A program made the position numbers and the translations under genes. This document shows, piece by piece, positions 1-8,967 of a DNA stretch of 64,000 nt. Numbering within the stretch: the first letter of the stretch is position 1; each line of letters begins with the position of its first letter. The notes below the pieces were generated by a model. The model saw nothing but the letters and a program-made list of their open reading frames with translations, did not search any database and was not told the DNA's origin. Source of the DNA: Verrucomicrobiota bacterium (GTDB lineage: Bacteria; Verrucomicrobiota; Verrucomicrobiia; Opitutales; Coraliomargaritaceae); contig JBCBZJ010000014.1 of the NCBI GenBank assembly GCA_039815375.1, positions 15,402 through 79,401 on the forward strand, in the 5' to 3' direction.

Positions 1-189
1 CCAGCGGTGAGAACCAGTCTCTGCAGCACCAATAAAATCAACCAAGACATGCTCATGCTGAAGCGTCGTCCCAAGCTCAGATACAGGAACCTTACCTCGA
101 ACCGTGAATACGTAGCTGTCGCCCTGGACTACTCCACTGCCAACAACTAGGGGAAGTAGGTATAAAATAGATCTTATTACTCTTCGCAT
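1..189 (-). CDS. Phosphotriesterase-family (amidohydrolase) protein with signal peptide; only the N-terminal part is in the window
   Basis: Not in the ORF track. Manual translation from ATG at 189 gives MRRVIRSILYLLPLVVGSGVVQGDSYVFTVRGKVPVSELGTTLQHEHVLVDFIGAAETGSHRW; TVRG...LG.TL.HEH is the PTE N-terminal metal-binding motif. Confidence 0.75.
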   Translation of the reverse strand, partial: MRRVIRSILYLLPLVVGSGVVQGDSYVFTVRGKVPVSELGTTLQHEHVLVDFIGAAETGSHRW

Positions 190-408
190 AGTGCTCTACA
201 GTTTAGAAGGCATTTGATATCTTCTTCGATGAACTGAGCTTTTGCAATAAGGGATACGATACGCTTTATTCCGCGTCGAGTTTGCAGAACTCAAGCTTAC
301 TCCATGCCGCTTCATTGTGATCGAACCCACTAGGCGCACCACTTTGGAGCAAAGGCCCGACGGGATGCGGATTTTCTTAAAGTCACCTTATCCCAGTGTC
401 ATTCTATT

Positions 409-1170
409 CTAACCGCCGGTTTTTTCAGTAGGCATATCTGCCTCTCTCCAACCTTTAAACCCTACAGAAAGATGCTTGATATTTGTATAGCCTAGGGACT
501 TTGCATCGCGCGCTGCCCTTTTGTAGAGCTTACAAATCGGACTACTGCAATACGCCACAATCAGCATGTCTTTGTCTTCAGGTAGTGCAGCCCCAAGGTC
601 CTCGGTCGTGTAGTAATCAATAGCGCCCGGGATATGCGCGCGTCGGTAGCGCTCAGAACCATTTGCATCCAAAAGAAAAACCGAGCCTTCGTCCATCGCC
701 TCGCGCAATTCTCGAACCGTAATTTTTGGAAACTCGCCAAGCACTCTCATCTTCCGGGCTTCCTTAATATCCACTGACTCTGTAGACATACCCGCTTCAA
801 TCCATCCATTCAGGCCGACTGCGAGATGTTTAACATTTGTGTAACCGAAAAAATCAGCTTCGTGGGCTGCGTTCAGGTATAATTTACAGGCCTCACTCAC
901 ACAGTAGACCACGATTAATGCGTCTTTATCCTTCGGCAACTCGGCTTCCAGGTCCGCCGTAGTATAATACTCAATCGCCCCGGGAATGTGATTCGCAATA
1001 TAACGGTCGGTGCCATTCGCATCGATCATAAACACGCTGCCATCGCTCATCGCAGCCTTTAGTTCAGCAACCGAAATTGCTTCATACTCTGCGGCAATAA
1101 TTCTGGAAGCAGACAATAAAGCCATAAATAGGACGAGAGACTTTAGTGAGAATTCATAGAGAGTATTCAT
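409..1170 (-). CDS. Secreted tandem rhodanese-domain protein
   Basis: Signal peptide, then two similar repeats (IDANG..RY...HIPGAI..Y; YCVSEAC / YCSSPIC; HL.VG..GW). Confidence 0.85.
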   Translation of the reverse strand: MNTLYEFSLKSLVLFMALLSASRIIAAEYEAISVAELKAAMSDGSVFMIDANGTDRYIANHIPGAIEYYTTADLEAELPKDKDALIVVYCVSEACKLYLNAAHEADFFGYTNVKHLAVGLNGWIEAGMSTESVDIKEARKMRVLGEFPKITVRELREAMDEGSVFLLDANGSERYRRAHIPGAIDYYTTEDLGAALPEDKDMLIVAYCSSPICKLYKRAARDAKSLGYTNIKHLSVGFKGWREADMPTEKTGG

Positions 1171-1266
1171 GATCTGTCTAATTGTTTGGATTATACATAC
1201 TGAAATCTGTCCTACGGCGAAGCGGTCTAGGCAACGCCATCAAATAAGCCGCAAATCGAATATCGG

Positions 1267-2184
1267 TCACTTTCTCCGTAAGACTGTCGTGTAAGCGAAA
1301 GCAACCAGACTCAGCAAAAGCACCGAAGTAGCAGGCTCCGGAATCCCGACCAGAAAATCCTCCTCAGCCAGAGCTTCTCCGCTAAAGCGCAACTCGTCTA
1401 CATAACCATCATCTCCATTCGTCTTGGAGAAATTGTAACCATCCAGCCCGACGCCAACCTGGACAATGCGATCATCCGCATCCGCATCTGCGCCCCAGTA
1501 AAGCGACGATCCACTTGTTGTCAAAGCGCTACCAATCGGGGTCGAATCGAGGTATAGTATACCCTCACCCAGCGCCATGTCATACGAAAACGCGACGTGA
1601 CGCCAGTTGGCATTGCCATCCCCACGTGTCCCTGCGTTATCAAGTCCGATATTCGTGCTGATCGTATTCAATTGGATATTTCCAAAAGCATCGATCGTGT
1701 AGAATTCAACCGTGAGCGCATTCGGAGAATAGATCCGGTAGCCATCGCTGATCGAGTCCGCGACATTCGCTGTCGTGCTTCGAGAAACCAATACCCCGAA
1801 TTGCTCTTCGGTCCGCACCCACATCTCTACAGTCATCTCATCAACATCGAGCACAGCGCTGTAAGCAATTGTCGCGTCGATGTCCGGATTACCACTTGTT
1901 CCAAATCCATCAAGACTCGCCGTATTGGGTGCACCAGTGAACGGTACAAATGTGTTGGGAAGCGAACCCGGATTCGCAGAATCATCGATACGCGCAGTTA
2001 AAGAAATTAGATCCGGTTGCCCTGCAACTTCGCTCGGTGAAACCAGGCGAAAAGGATCCGCATCAAGATCTTCCTCAAAACGGTAATAGCTCAAGACGAC
2101 TGCTTGAGATAGAGCAGTAATTAACGTCAAACATACGCATACGATGTATATTAGCTTACGCAAAAGATGAATGGGGTTACCCAA
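1267..2184 (-). CDS. PEP-CTERM protein with LamG-like jellyroll domain
   Basis: Signal peptide; YYRFEE, TVEMWVR, WRHVAFSY, LYLD, GYVDELRFS (LamG_3 pattern); C-terminal IPEP + TM helix + RRK. Confidence 0.85.
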   Translation of the reverse strand: MGNPIHLLRKLIYIVCVCLTLITALSQAVVLSYYRFEEDLDADPFRLVSPSEVAGQPDLISLTARIDDSANPGSLPNTFVPFTGAPNTASLDGFGTSGNPDIDATIAYSAVLDVDEMTVEMWVRTEEQFGVLVSRSTTANVADSISDGYRIYSPNALTVEFYTIDAFGNIQLNTISTNIGLDNAGTRGDGNANWRHVAFSYDMALGEGILYLDSTPIGSALTTSGSSLYWGADADADDRIVQVGVGLDGYNFSKTNGDDGYVDELRFSGEALAEEDFLVGIPEPATSVLLLSLVAFAYTTVLRRK

Positions 2185-2858
2185 ATTGGGTCAGAACTTT
2201 TGTTATTCTGTAAGAGCTAATAACATGTCCGATTTTCTATAAGAAGTCAACGCTGGGCTAGAGGAAGGGCGTAGCACACTGAAGATTCACAATGGGATTG
2301 GTGTCTCTTCTTCAATCTCCTTCCGGGTAAACTTCAAGAAGCGCAATGTGACTAAGATATAAGGTTGAGGGTTTATGTTGTTATACTTCTAGGGCCAGTT
2401 CTCTATAAGTATCAGTCCTTCGGATAAAGTCCATGCTTGCTCCCAGCTCAGGCTCTCTTCTCTAAATTGAGCATTGGAGCTTTCCTGCCAAAAGCGACAG
2501 AGGTTAGTATGAAAGGTCTTGATCTGGTTTGTGCCAACCCGATACACATGGACCGTGCTCAATGAACTCAGAGCTATTGTCTCGATGGACGTGCTCGGGA
2601 GTTCTACTTGCAATTTTACCGAAACTTTCGGGAGTCCGCTCCGATAGTTATTTTTGATGAAGCTACCTTCGAGCCACGCCCACAGCTTTTTAACTTCGTT
2701 GATTTTTGGCGCTGTCGCTACGAGTGGCCAGTGTCTTCACCTAGGAGCAATCTATGAAGTCAAAGGACCCGACATTCATTCGGACTACAAAGACACCGCT
2801 TACGGCACGGGCGCCATTCATGTCCTCTAATTACAGCTTTAATACTGATATCCGAACC

Positions 2859-3833
2859 ATGCGTCTACTCATTCCACAAGTCTTCCTTATTACATTAATG
2901 GCCCTCTACGCTATCGACCTTGCAGCCCACACGGGTAGCCATACCGGGGGGGACGGAGAGAAACCGGCGGCAACTCCACGCGTTGAGATCACAATCGAAG
3001 GCAACATTCGCAAAATCACGGGCAATGGCATCGCAGACCATTCGACCGGACAGTTTCCCAACCGAAGGAATCCGCATTCGATTCGGACCCAGCGTGTTTC
3101 CTATCAGGTGCCAGCCGAGCCAATACTGGCTGAAGGGCTGACGCCACTAGGCCGCCAGCCCTTCGGTGTAGCCCTCAATGGTGTGGTCTTCGACCCCGGC
3201 ACAGCTGAATCGTGGAACATGGAACGCAATTCCAAATGGCGCTACGAAGCGATCAAGGGTGCACTCGATTTAGGCGAAGACGTGCACCATGCCCACGTCC
3301 AACCCACCGGCACCTACCATTATCACGGCCTGCCGACAGGCCTGTTGCAAGAGCTCAATGGCGGCAGACCAGAGATGACATTGATCGGCTGGGCGGCTGA
3401 CGGATTTCCAATCTACGGTCCTTATGGCTACACCGGCGAAATCGGCACCGATGGCGAACCGATCACAAAGCTCATGCTACCGAGCTATGTCCTTAAAGAG
3501 GGCCAGCGCCCCGGCAGTCTCGAGCCGAAAGAAAAGCGCAACCATCGCCGCCCAAGTCCGGAGAGCGTGGAGCCCGGAGGAACCTACGACGGCACATTCA
3601 CGGCGGACTTCGAATACATCCAAGGTGCTGGAGATCTTGATCAGGCAAACGGCAAATTCGGCCCGACACCCGAGTTCCCTGAAGGCATCTACCACTATTA
3701 TGTGACCGAAGATTTCCCCTTCATACCTCGCTTTTTCCGGGGAAAACCTGATTCAAGTTTCGAGCGCCATCATGGAGGAAGGGACCGTCCTTCAGGGCGG
3801 CCGCCTGTGCAACCTCGACGCACATTTCCGTAA
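2859..3833 (+). CDS. YHYH-family secreted protein
   Basis: GVALNGV, HAHVQPTGTYHYHG, IGWAADGFPIYGP, GDLDQANG, YHYY motifs; start moved to ATG 2859, ahead of a signal peptide. Confidence 0.85.
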   Translation: MRLLIPQVFLITLMALYAIDLAAHTGSHTGGDGEKPAATPRVEITIEGNIRKITGNGIADHSTGQFPNRRNPHSIRTQRVSYQVPAEPILAEGLTPLGRQPFGVALNGVVFDPGTAESWNMERNSKWRYEAIKGALDLGEDVHHAHVQPTGTYHYHGLPTGLLQELNGGRPEMTLIGWAADGFPIYGPYGYTGEIGTDGEPITKLMLPSYVLKEGQRPGSLEPKEKRNHRRPSPESVEPGGTYDGTFTADFEYIQGAGDLDQANGKFGPTPEFPEGIYHYYVTEDFPFIPRFFRGKPDSSFERHHGGRDRPSGRPPVQPRRTFP

Positions 3834-3869
3834 TGGACCTTTTTACCATAACTCGTGTAGCTTCATCGA

Positions 3870-4157
3870 ATGGAAGCAACACCTCTGAGCAGTGCAGAAA
3901 AAAAAGAACTACGTGGCATCGCACAACGCCTCAAGCCACATGTCTACATCGGCCGTCAGGGCTTGAGCGAATCGGTCTTCAGTGAAATCGAAATGGCACT
4001 GAGCAAAAACGGCCTGATCAAACTACGTTTCGATGCAGACCGCGATTTCATTAAAGAAGCGACAAGGGCAATTCCGGAAAAACTCGGCTGCGAACACGTC
4101 GGTGGCGTTGGCAAAACCGCCGTTTTCTTCCGCGACATGTCCGAAGATGGTTCGTGA
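3870..4157 (+). CDS. yhbY: YhbY/CRM RNA-binding protein
   Basis: LS..EKKELR..A..LKP.V.IG..GL...V..EI..AL....LIK pattern; 95 aa. Confidence 0.9.
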   Translation: MEATPLSSAEKKELRGIAQRLKPHVYIGRQGLSESVFSEIEMALSKNGLIKLRFDADRDFIKEATRAIPEKLGCEHVGGVGKTAVFFRDMSEDGS

Positions 4158-5206
4158 GAGCGAAACGCAGGATCATCCATATCGACATGGACTGCTTCTA
4201 TGCAGCCGTGGAAATCCGAGAACGGCCTGAGCTTACAAATCAGCCCGTCGCCGTGGGCGGCTCTTCGGGACGCGGTGTGCTGACAACCTGTAACTATCCC
4301 GCACGCAAGTTCGGTGTGCGTTCTGCCATGCCCGTCTTCAAAGCAAGGGAGCTTTGCCCCAACCTGGTCATTCTGCCCGTTCGGTTTGAACTCTATCGGG
4401 AAGTCTCAAAAGAAGTCCGCAGCATCTTCAAACGCTACACCGATCTGATCGAGCCGCTCTCACTCGACGAGGCATACCTCGACGTCAGTCACCTCAAACG
4501 TCCGGGCCACGAAATCGCACAATCAATTCGGAACGATATTTTCCGCGAAACCGGTTTAACGGCATCTGCCGGCATTGCGCCGAACAAGCTCGTCGCTAAA
4601 ATTGCCAGTGACTGGAATAAACCAAATGGTCAGCAAGTCGTGCCACCCTCCCAAGTCGAGGCCTTCATGCGCGAGCTCTCGGTCAGGAAGATCTGGGGTA
4701 TCGGCCCGAAAAGCTCCGCCCGCCTTGAAACGGAAGGCATCAGGAGCTGTGCAGATCTTCAGGCACTGGACCGGGCCGAGCTGGTTCACCGATTCGGCAG
4801 CTTCGGAATGGACCTGTATCAACTTTGTCGGGGGATTGATGAGCGACCCGTAGAATCGAACCGCATTCGAAAGAGCCTCAGCAACGAACGCACTTTCTCA
4901 AATGATCTCACGACTCTTGACGATTGTTTGGAGGAATTGGACAGGCAACACCGCGAATTAATCGAGGACCTCAAAGAATCCTCGCCGGAACGTTCCATCG
5001 CCAAAGTATTCGTGAAACTCAAATTTACCGATTTCAAACGGACGACCGCTGAAATGGGAGCCACTCAACCAGAGCTTCAACTCTTTAAGGAGCTCTTGAA
5101 TGAAGCCTGGGGACGCAGCGGAAAAGACGTTCGCCTGCTTGGGCTGGGTGTTCGATTTGCCGAACGAGGCCATGCTATCGAGCAACTGGAGCTCGCCCTG
5201 CGGTAA
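4154..5206 (+). CDS. dinB: DNA polymerase IV
   Basis: IIHIDMDCFYAAVE, YPARKFGVRSAMP, SLDEAYLD, KIASDWNKPNG, VRLLGL. Confidence 0.96.
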   Translation: MRAKRRIIHIDMDCFYAAVEIRERPELTNQPVAVGGSSGRGVLTTCNYPARKFGVRSAMPVFKARELCPNLVILPVRFELYREVSKEVRSIFKRYTDLIEPLSLDEAYLDVSHLKRPGHEIAQSIRNDIFRETGLTASAGIAPNKLVAKIASDWNKPNGQQVVPPSQVEAFMRELSVRKIWGIGPKSSARLETEGIRSCADLQALDRAELVHRFGSFGMDLYQLCRGIDERPVESNRIRKSLSNERTFSNDLTTLDDCLEELDRQHRELIEDLKESSPERSIAKVFVKLKFTDFKRTTAEMGATQPELQLFKELLNEAWGRSGKDVRLLGLGVRFAERGHAIEQLELALR

Positions 5207-5248
5207 GGAACCCCTTTACTTTTACCTTCACTCAAAACAACGTGCCTT

Positions 5249-6232
5249 ATGTCTGATTTTAAAACCGTTCAGGAACTGAAAAGTATCGAGCCGGACATTG
5301 CCGCGCCCTTCCGCGGGATTTACATCATGAAGCGGAAAGAGACGCGAACGACAAAGAACGGCGACCCGTTTCTGAGCATGGAATTCGGCGACAGCGGCGG
5401 AAGTTTCAATGCCAATGCATTCAGCGGCTCACCCGTTATGGAAGCCCTCGCATCTGCAGTTGAAGGTTGCATTGTCCGCCTCTCGGGAAAAAGCGAATAT
5501 TATCAGGAGCGTTTCTCACCCCGCCTGCAAGCCGCCGAAATGATCGAACCGGAAGAAGCCGAGGCAGAAGGCGTCCTTAGCCAGCTGGTTGAAGTGCCGC
5601 CGGAACCCGAAGATGAACTTTGGGCGCATCTTATTGAGGGAATTGCCTCGATTGAACATACCCAACTGCGAGACACCGTGCAGCGTGTGATCGACGAAAC
5701 CGAGAAACAGTTCCGCACCGCACCGGCCGCGATTAGTATGCACCACGCCTACCGCCACGGCCTACTCGAGCACACCGTCCATATGGTCCGAGCCGCAAGG
5801 GCATTGCTTCCACTTTATCCCGAAGTTGACGGCGATCTTGCTATCGCCGGCATCATTCTACACGACATCGGCAAGCTCGAAGAATACGAAGGCGATTTTG
5901 CCGCCAAGACCAGCCGCATCGGTACCCTGCAGGGCCATGTTGTCATCGGTTTCCGCATCGCCCGTAAGGCCGCCATTCAATCGAAGCTCAACGCAGACCT
6001 TACTGAACGATTGGAGCACATCATCCTCAGCCATCAGGGTGAGAAGGAATGGGGTGCCGCTGCGATGGCCGCGACAGCCGAAGCAGTCTTCGTTTCAATG
6101 GTCGACAACCTCGACGCCAAAATGGGCATGGTGCAACGCGTCCTACGCAACGCCAACGAAGGCGACGAATTTTCCGAACGGCTGATGGGTCTACAGACCA
6201 GAGTGTTGCTTGCGCCTCCGGATAAGTCGTAA
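5249..6232 (+). CDS. 3'-5' exoribonuclease YhaM family (OB fold + HD)
   Basis: N-terminal OB fold (TKNGDPFL), HHAYRHGLLEHT, LHDIGK, HIILSHQG, DNLDAKM. Confidence 0.88.
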   Translation: MSDFKTVQELKSIEPDIAAPFRGIYIMKRKETRTTKNGDPFLSMEFGDSGGSFNANAFSGSPVMEALASAVEGCIVRLSGKSEYYQERFSPRLQAAEMIEPEEAEAEGVLSQLVEVPPEPEDELWAHLIEGIASIEHTQLRDTVQRVIDETEKQFRTAPAAISMHHAYRHGLLEHTVHMVRAARALLPLYPEVDGDLAIAGIILHDIGKLEEYEGDFAAKTSRIGTLQGHVVIGFRIARKAAIQSKLNADLTERLEHIILSHQGEKEWGAAAMAATAEAVFVSMVDNLDAKMGMVQRVLRNANEGDEFSERLMGLQTRVLLAPPDKS

Positions 6233-6385
6233 GTCTCTACCTGCCTACGGCAAATAGAGGGATCAAAAAAACTCGGTGTTCATACCGATTCTAAACATAG
6301 GCACCAAAGGTGACTCTACTACTGATGAAATCATATCTTTCATCGAATCACTAATGGGCTGAAAAGAATCAATCGCAGTCTTCCT

Positions 6386-7867
6386 CTAAGCCAGCGGCTT
6401 CAAGCTGGGAAAGAGGATCGTATCGCGGATGCTCTCGGCACCAGTCAGCAGGATAATGAGGCGGTCAATGCCGAGCCCCATACCACCAGCTGGGGGCATT
6501 CCATGCTCGAGGGCAGTGATGAAATCAGTGTCCATATCCTGCACTTCCTCGCCGACCTGATCTTCGAACATCTTTCGCTGGATGATCGGGTCGTTCTGCT
6601 CGGAGTAAGCCGGAGCGATCTCTTGTCCGTTAATGCAAAGTTCGAAGACGTCGATCGTGGTCTCGTCGTCCTGGGTGATCTTCGCGAGCGGACAAAGTTC
6701 CTTCGGAATGTTGATAACAAAAGTCGGCTGAATCAGAGTCGGCTCGACGATCTTCTCAAAGACATTGTTGGTGATCTCATAGTCCTCAAGCTCTCCATCA
6801 ACCTCAATTCCGAGCGCACGAGCCTTCTCAAGTTTGGTTTCACAATCGTAGCTGAACCAATCGGCGTCGCCCGTTGCTTCTACAATCAGGTCCTTGTATT
6901 TCGCTTCACGCCATTCGCCGCCGAGATTGATAATCGTGCCATCGGGACGTTCGATTTGCAGGGAGCCGATCACATTTTCTGCGACATGTTGAATGAGTCC
7001 CTGCGTGAGCTCCATCATGCCACGAAAATCCGAGTAGGCCTGATAAAGTTCGAGCATAGTAAACTCAGGATTGTGGCGTCGAGAAAGACCTTCGTTACGA
7101 AAGACGCGGCCGATTTCAAAGACACGGTCCTCACCGCCGACAAGCATACGCTTGAGGTAGAGCTCCAGGGCAATGCGCATGTAGAAGTCGCAGTCAAGTG
7201 CATTGAAATGCGTGATGAAGGGACGCGCAGCCGCACCACCGGCGACACCTTGAAGGACAGGCGTTTCGACTTCGGTAAAGTCGCGCTCCCAGAGGTATTC
7301 ACGCATGGCACGGATGACATTGGCGCGCTGCTTGAAACGGTTGCGCGACTCCTGATTCATGATCAGATCGAGGTAACGCTGCCGGTAGATTTTGTCGTCG
7401 TCTTTCAAGCCCGCCCACTTTTCGGGAAGTGGGCGTAAGGCCTTGGAAACGAGCGTATAACTCTGAGCACGAACCGTAATTTCACCGGTCTTCGTCTTAA
7501 AAAGGCGACCGGTCACACCAATTATGTCGCCGAGGTCCAGCTTCTTGAAATAGGTATTATATTCGCCTTCAGGCAATTCGTCGCGAGTGACGTAGCACTG
7601 AATCTGTCCGTCACGGTCCTGAATCTTGATAAAGCTGGCTTTGCCCATGACACGAAAGACTACGATTCGTCCGGCAACCGATACGACCGGCTGTTCCTCA
7701 TCGGCCGCATCCTCTTGATAAAGTTTGACCGCCTCGGCCGAGGTGTGGCTCTGCTCACAATTGGCCGCAAAAGGATTACGGCCTTCCTTGCAAAGATTCT
7801 CCAGCTTCTGCAAGCGCACGGCATACAGGTCATGGGTATTATCCGGCTGTGTGGTCTGGTCTGTCAT
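6386..7867 (-). CDS. lysS: Lysine--tRNA ligase (class II)
   Basis: YRQRYLDL, GGAAARPF, RIALELYLKR, FRNEG, HGMPPAGGMGLGIDRL; start placed at MTDQ (7867). Confidence 0.97.
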   Translation of the reverse strand: MTDQTTQPDNTHDLYAVRLQKLENLCKEGRNPFAANCEQSHTSAEAVKLYQEDAADEEQPVVSVAGRIVVFRVMGKASFIKIQDRDGQIQCYVTRDELPEGEYNTYFKKLDLGDIIGVTGRLFKTKTGEITVRAQSYTLVSKALRPLPEKWAGLKDDDKIYRQRYLDLIMNQESRNRFKQRANVIRAMREYLWERDFTEVETPVLQGVAGGAAARPFITHFNALDCDFYMRIALELYLKRMLVGGEDRVFEIGRVFRNEGLSRRHNPEFTMLELYQAYSDFRGMMELTQGLIQHVAENVIGSLQIERPDGTIINLGGEWREAKYKDLIVEATGDADWFSYDCETKLEKARALGIEVDGELEDYEITNNVFEKIVEPTLIQPTFVINIPKELCPLAKITQDDETTIDVFELCINGQEIAPAYSEQNDPIIQRKMFEDQVGEEVQDMDTDFITALEHGMPPAGGMGLGIDRLIILLTGAESIRDTILFPSLKPLA

Positions 7868-7939
7868 AACAAAACGGGGGAAAATGGGCGGACCCAATAA
7901 AATGGCAAATGGAAACTTAGGGGCAAAAAAACTTGCAGG

Positions 7940-7959
7940 ATATGCTTATATGAGCATAT
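7940..7959. promoter_or_regulatory. Palindromic operator, probable antitoxin autorepression site
   Basis: ATATGCT-tatatg-AGCATAT directly after a TTGCAG -35-like hexamer and 12 nt before the antitoxin GTG. Confidence 0.55.
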
Positions 7960-7971
7960 TTTTAGGATCAA

Positions 7972-8433
7972 GTGAAACAAAAACAACCAAAAGGTGTGCA
8001 ACGAACGGAAGAACCTGCGGCAATATACGGCAAAAAGCCAGGTGCGCGACGGCAGCGTGCGATGAATCCACAGGAAACTGTGGAAACGATCCGCGCAGGG
8101 TTACCGATGGTTGAGTTTGAAGCCTTACAAAACCTACTCGGCCTGAGCGCAGAGGAATTGGCTGCACATCTTACGATTTCCAGAAGCACTCTGGTGCGCC
8201 GCCGAAAGAGCGGCCGCTTGGAAATGCAGGAGTCTGACCGTTTACTTCGTTACGCGAGGCTCTTTGCCCGCGCAGAAGCGACCATGGGAGATGCAAATAC
8301 AGCTAAAGATTGGTTAAAGCAACCTGCCCGGGCGCTCGGCTTTGAGACTCCTTTGACTTTTGCTGAAACGGAGGCTGGAACACGGGAAGTCGAAAACTTG
8401 CTGGGACGTATCGAGCACGGAGTTTACAGCTAA
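7972..8433 (+). CDS. Type II antitoxin, Xre/MbcA/ParS family
   Basis: HTH (IS.STL.RR...GRL...ESDRL.R.ARL) and C-terminal WL..P..ALG..TPL..A.TE.G..EVE.LLGRIEHGVYS. Confidence 0.92.
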   Translation: MKQKQPKGVQRTEEPAAIYGKKPGARRQRAMNPQETVETIRAGLPMVEFEALQNLLGLSAEELAAHLTISRSTLVRRRKSGRLEMQESDRLLRYARLFARAEATMGDANTAKDWLKQPARALGFETPLTFAETEAGTREVENLLGRIEHGVYS

Positions 8434-8903
8434 TGCCGGTAGCCTGGCGGATCGTCCCAAAGCGGTGGGCACGAAGCGCCTTTGACGGCGAAGGTGCGCG
8501 GCTCTACGGCGGACGTTGGAACAGTCCAGGCAAGGCTGCAGTTTATATGGCTGAAAGCCGCGCACTTGCCGCGCTGGAAACTCTGGTTCACCATAGTTCC
8601 ACACCTCAAAAAAGCTACCTGCGCTTCCCCGTCGAATTTGGATACGGACTGGTTGAGCCAATGTCGATGGATGAACTTGAAGGGGCACTCAATAGTCTCC
8701 TTGTCGTCCCCGAAACACAAGCAGCCGGAGACCGTTGGCTGCTCGCGTCAAAAAAACCGGTACTCGAAGTGCCCAGTGCCATCATTCCGGAAGAGCGTAA
8801 TTACATCCTGAATCCATATCATGAAAAGTTTCAGGAAGTATATATCGGAGCTCCTGAAGTCTTTGCTTTCGACCCGCGACTGGTTCAAGTCAGCAAATTA
8901 TAG
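8433..8903 (+). CDS. RES-domain toxin
   Basis: F.GEGA...GGRWNS.G...VY.AES.ALA.LE.LVH, L.VPSAI.P.E.NY.LNP.H; TAATG overlap with the antitoxin stop. Confidence 0.92.
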   Translation: MPVAWRIVPKRWARSAFDGEGARLYGGRWNSPGKAAVYMAESRALAALETLVHHSSTPQKSYLRFPVEFGYGLVEPMSMDELEGALNSLLVVPETQAAGDRWLLASKKPVLEVPSAIIPEERNYILNPYHEKFQEVYIGAPEVFAFDPRLVQVSKL

Positions 8904-8967
8904 TTTCTAAGACTTTTCCTTGGGCTTTTCTTTAAGGTGAATCCATGTTCATCTACTGAACTAAGCT

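Noticed and set aside
2389..2736. Minus-strand open frame of about 115 codons (ORF 2389-2613 plus upstream extension)
   Set aside because: No good start or RBS and no recognisable motif; it could be a gene remnant but cannot be supported.
6503..7438. 311-aa ORF antisense to lysS, and similar long antisense ORFs over nuo genes, ahcY, addA and the GT fusion
   Set aside because: Shadow frames of well-supported genes, with no motifs of their own.
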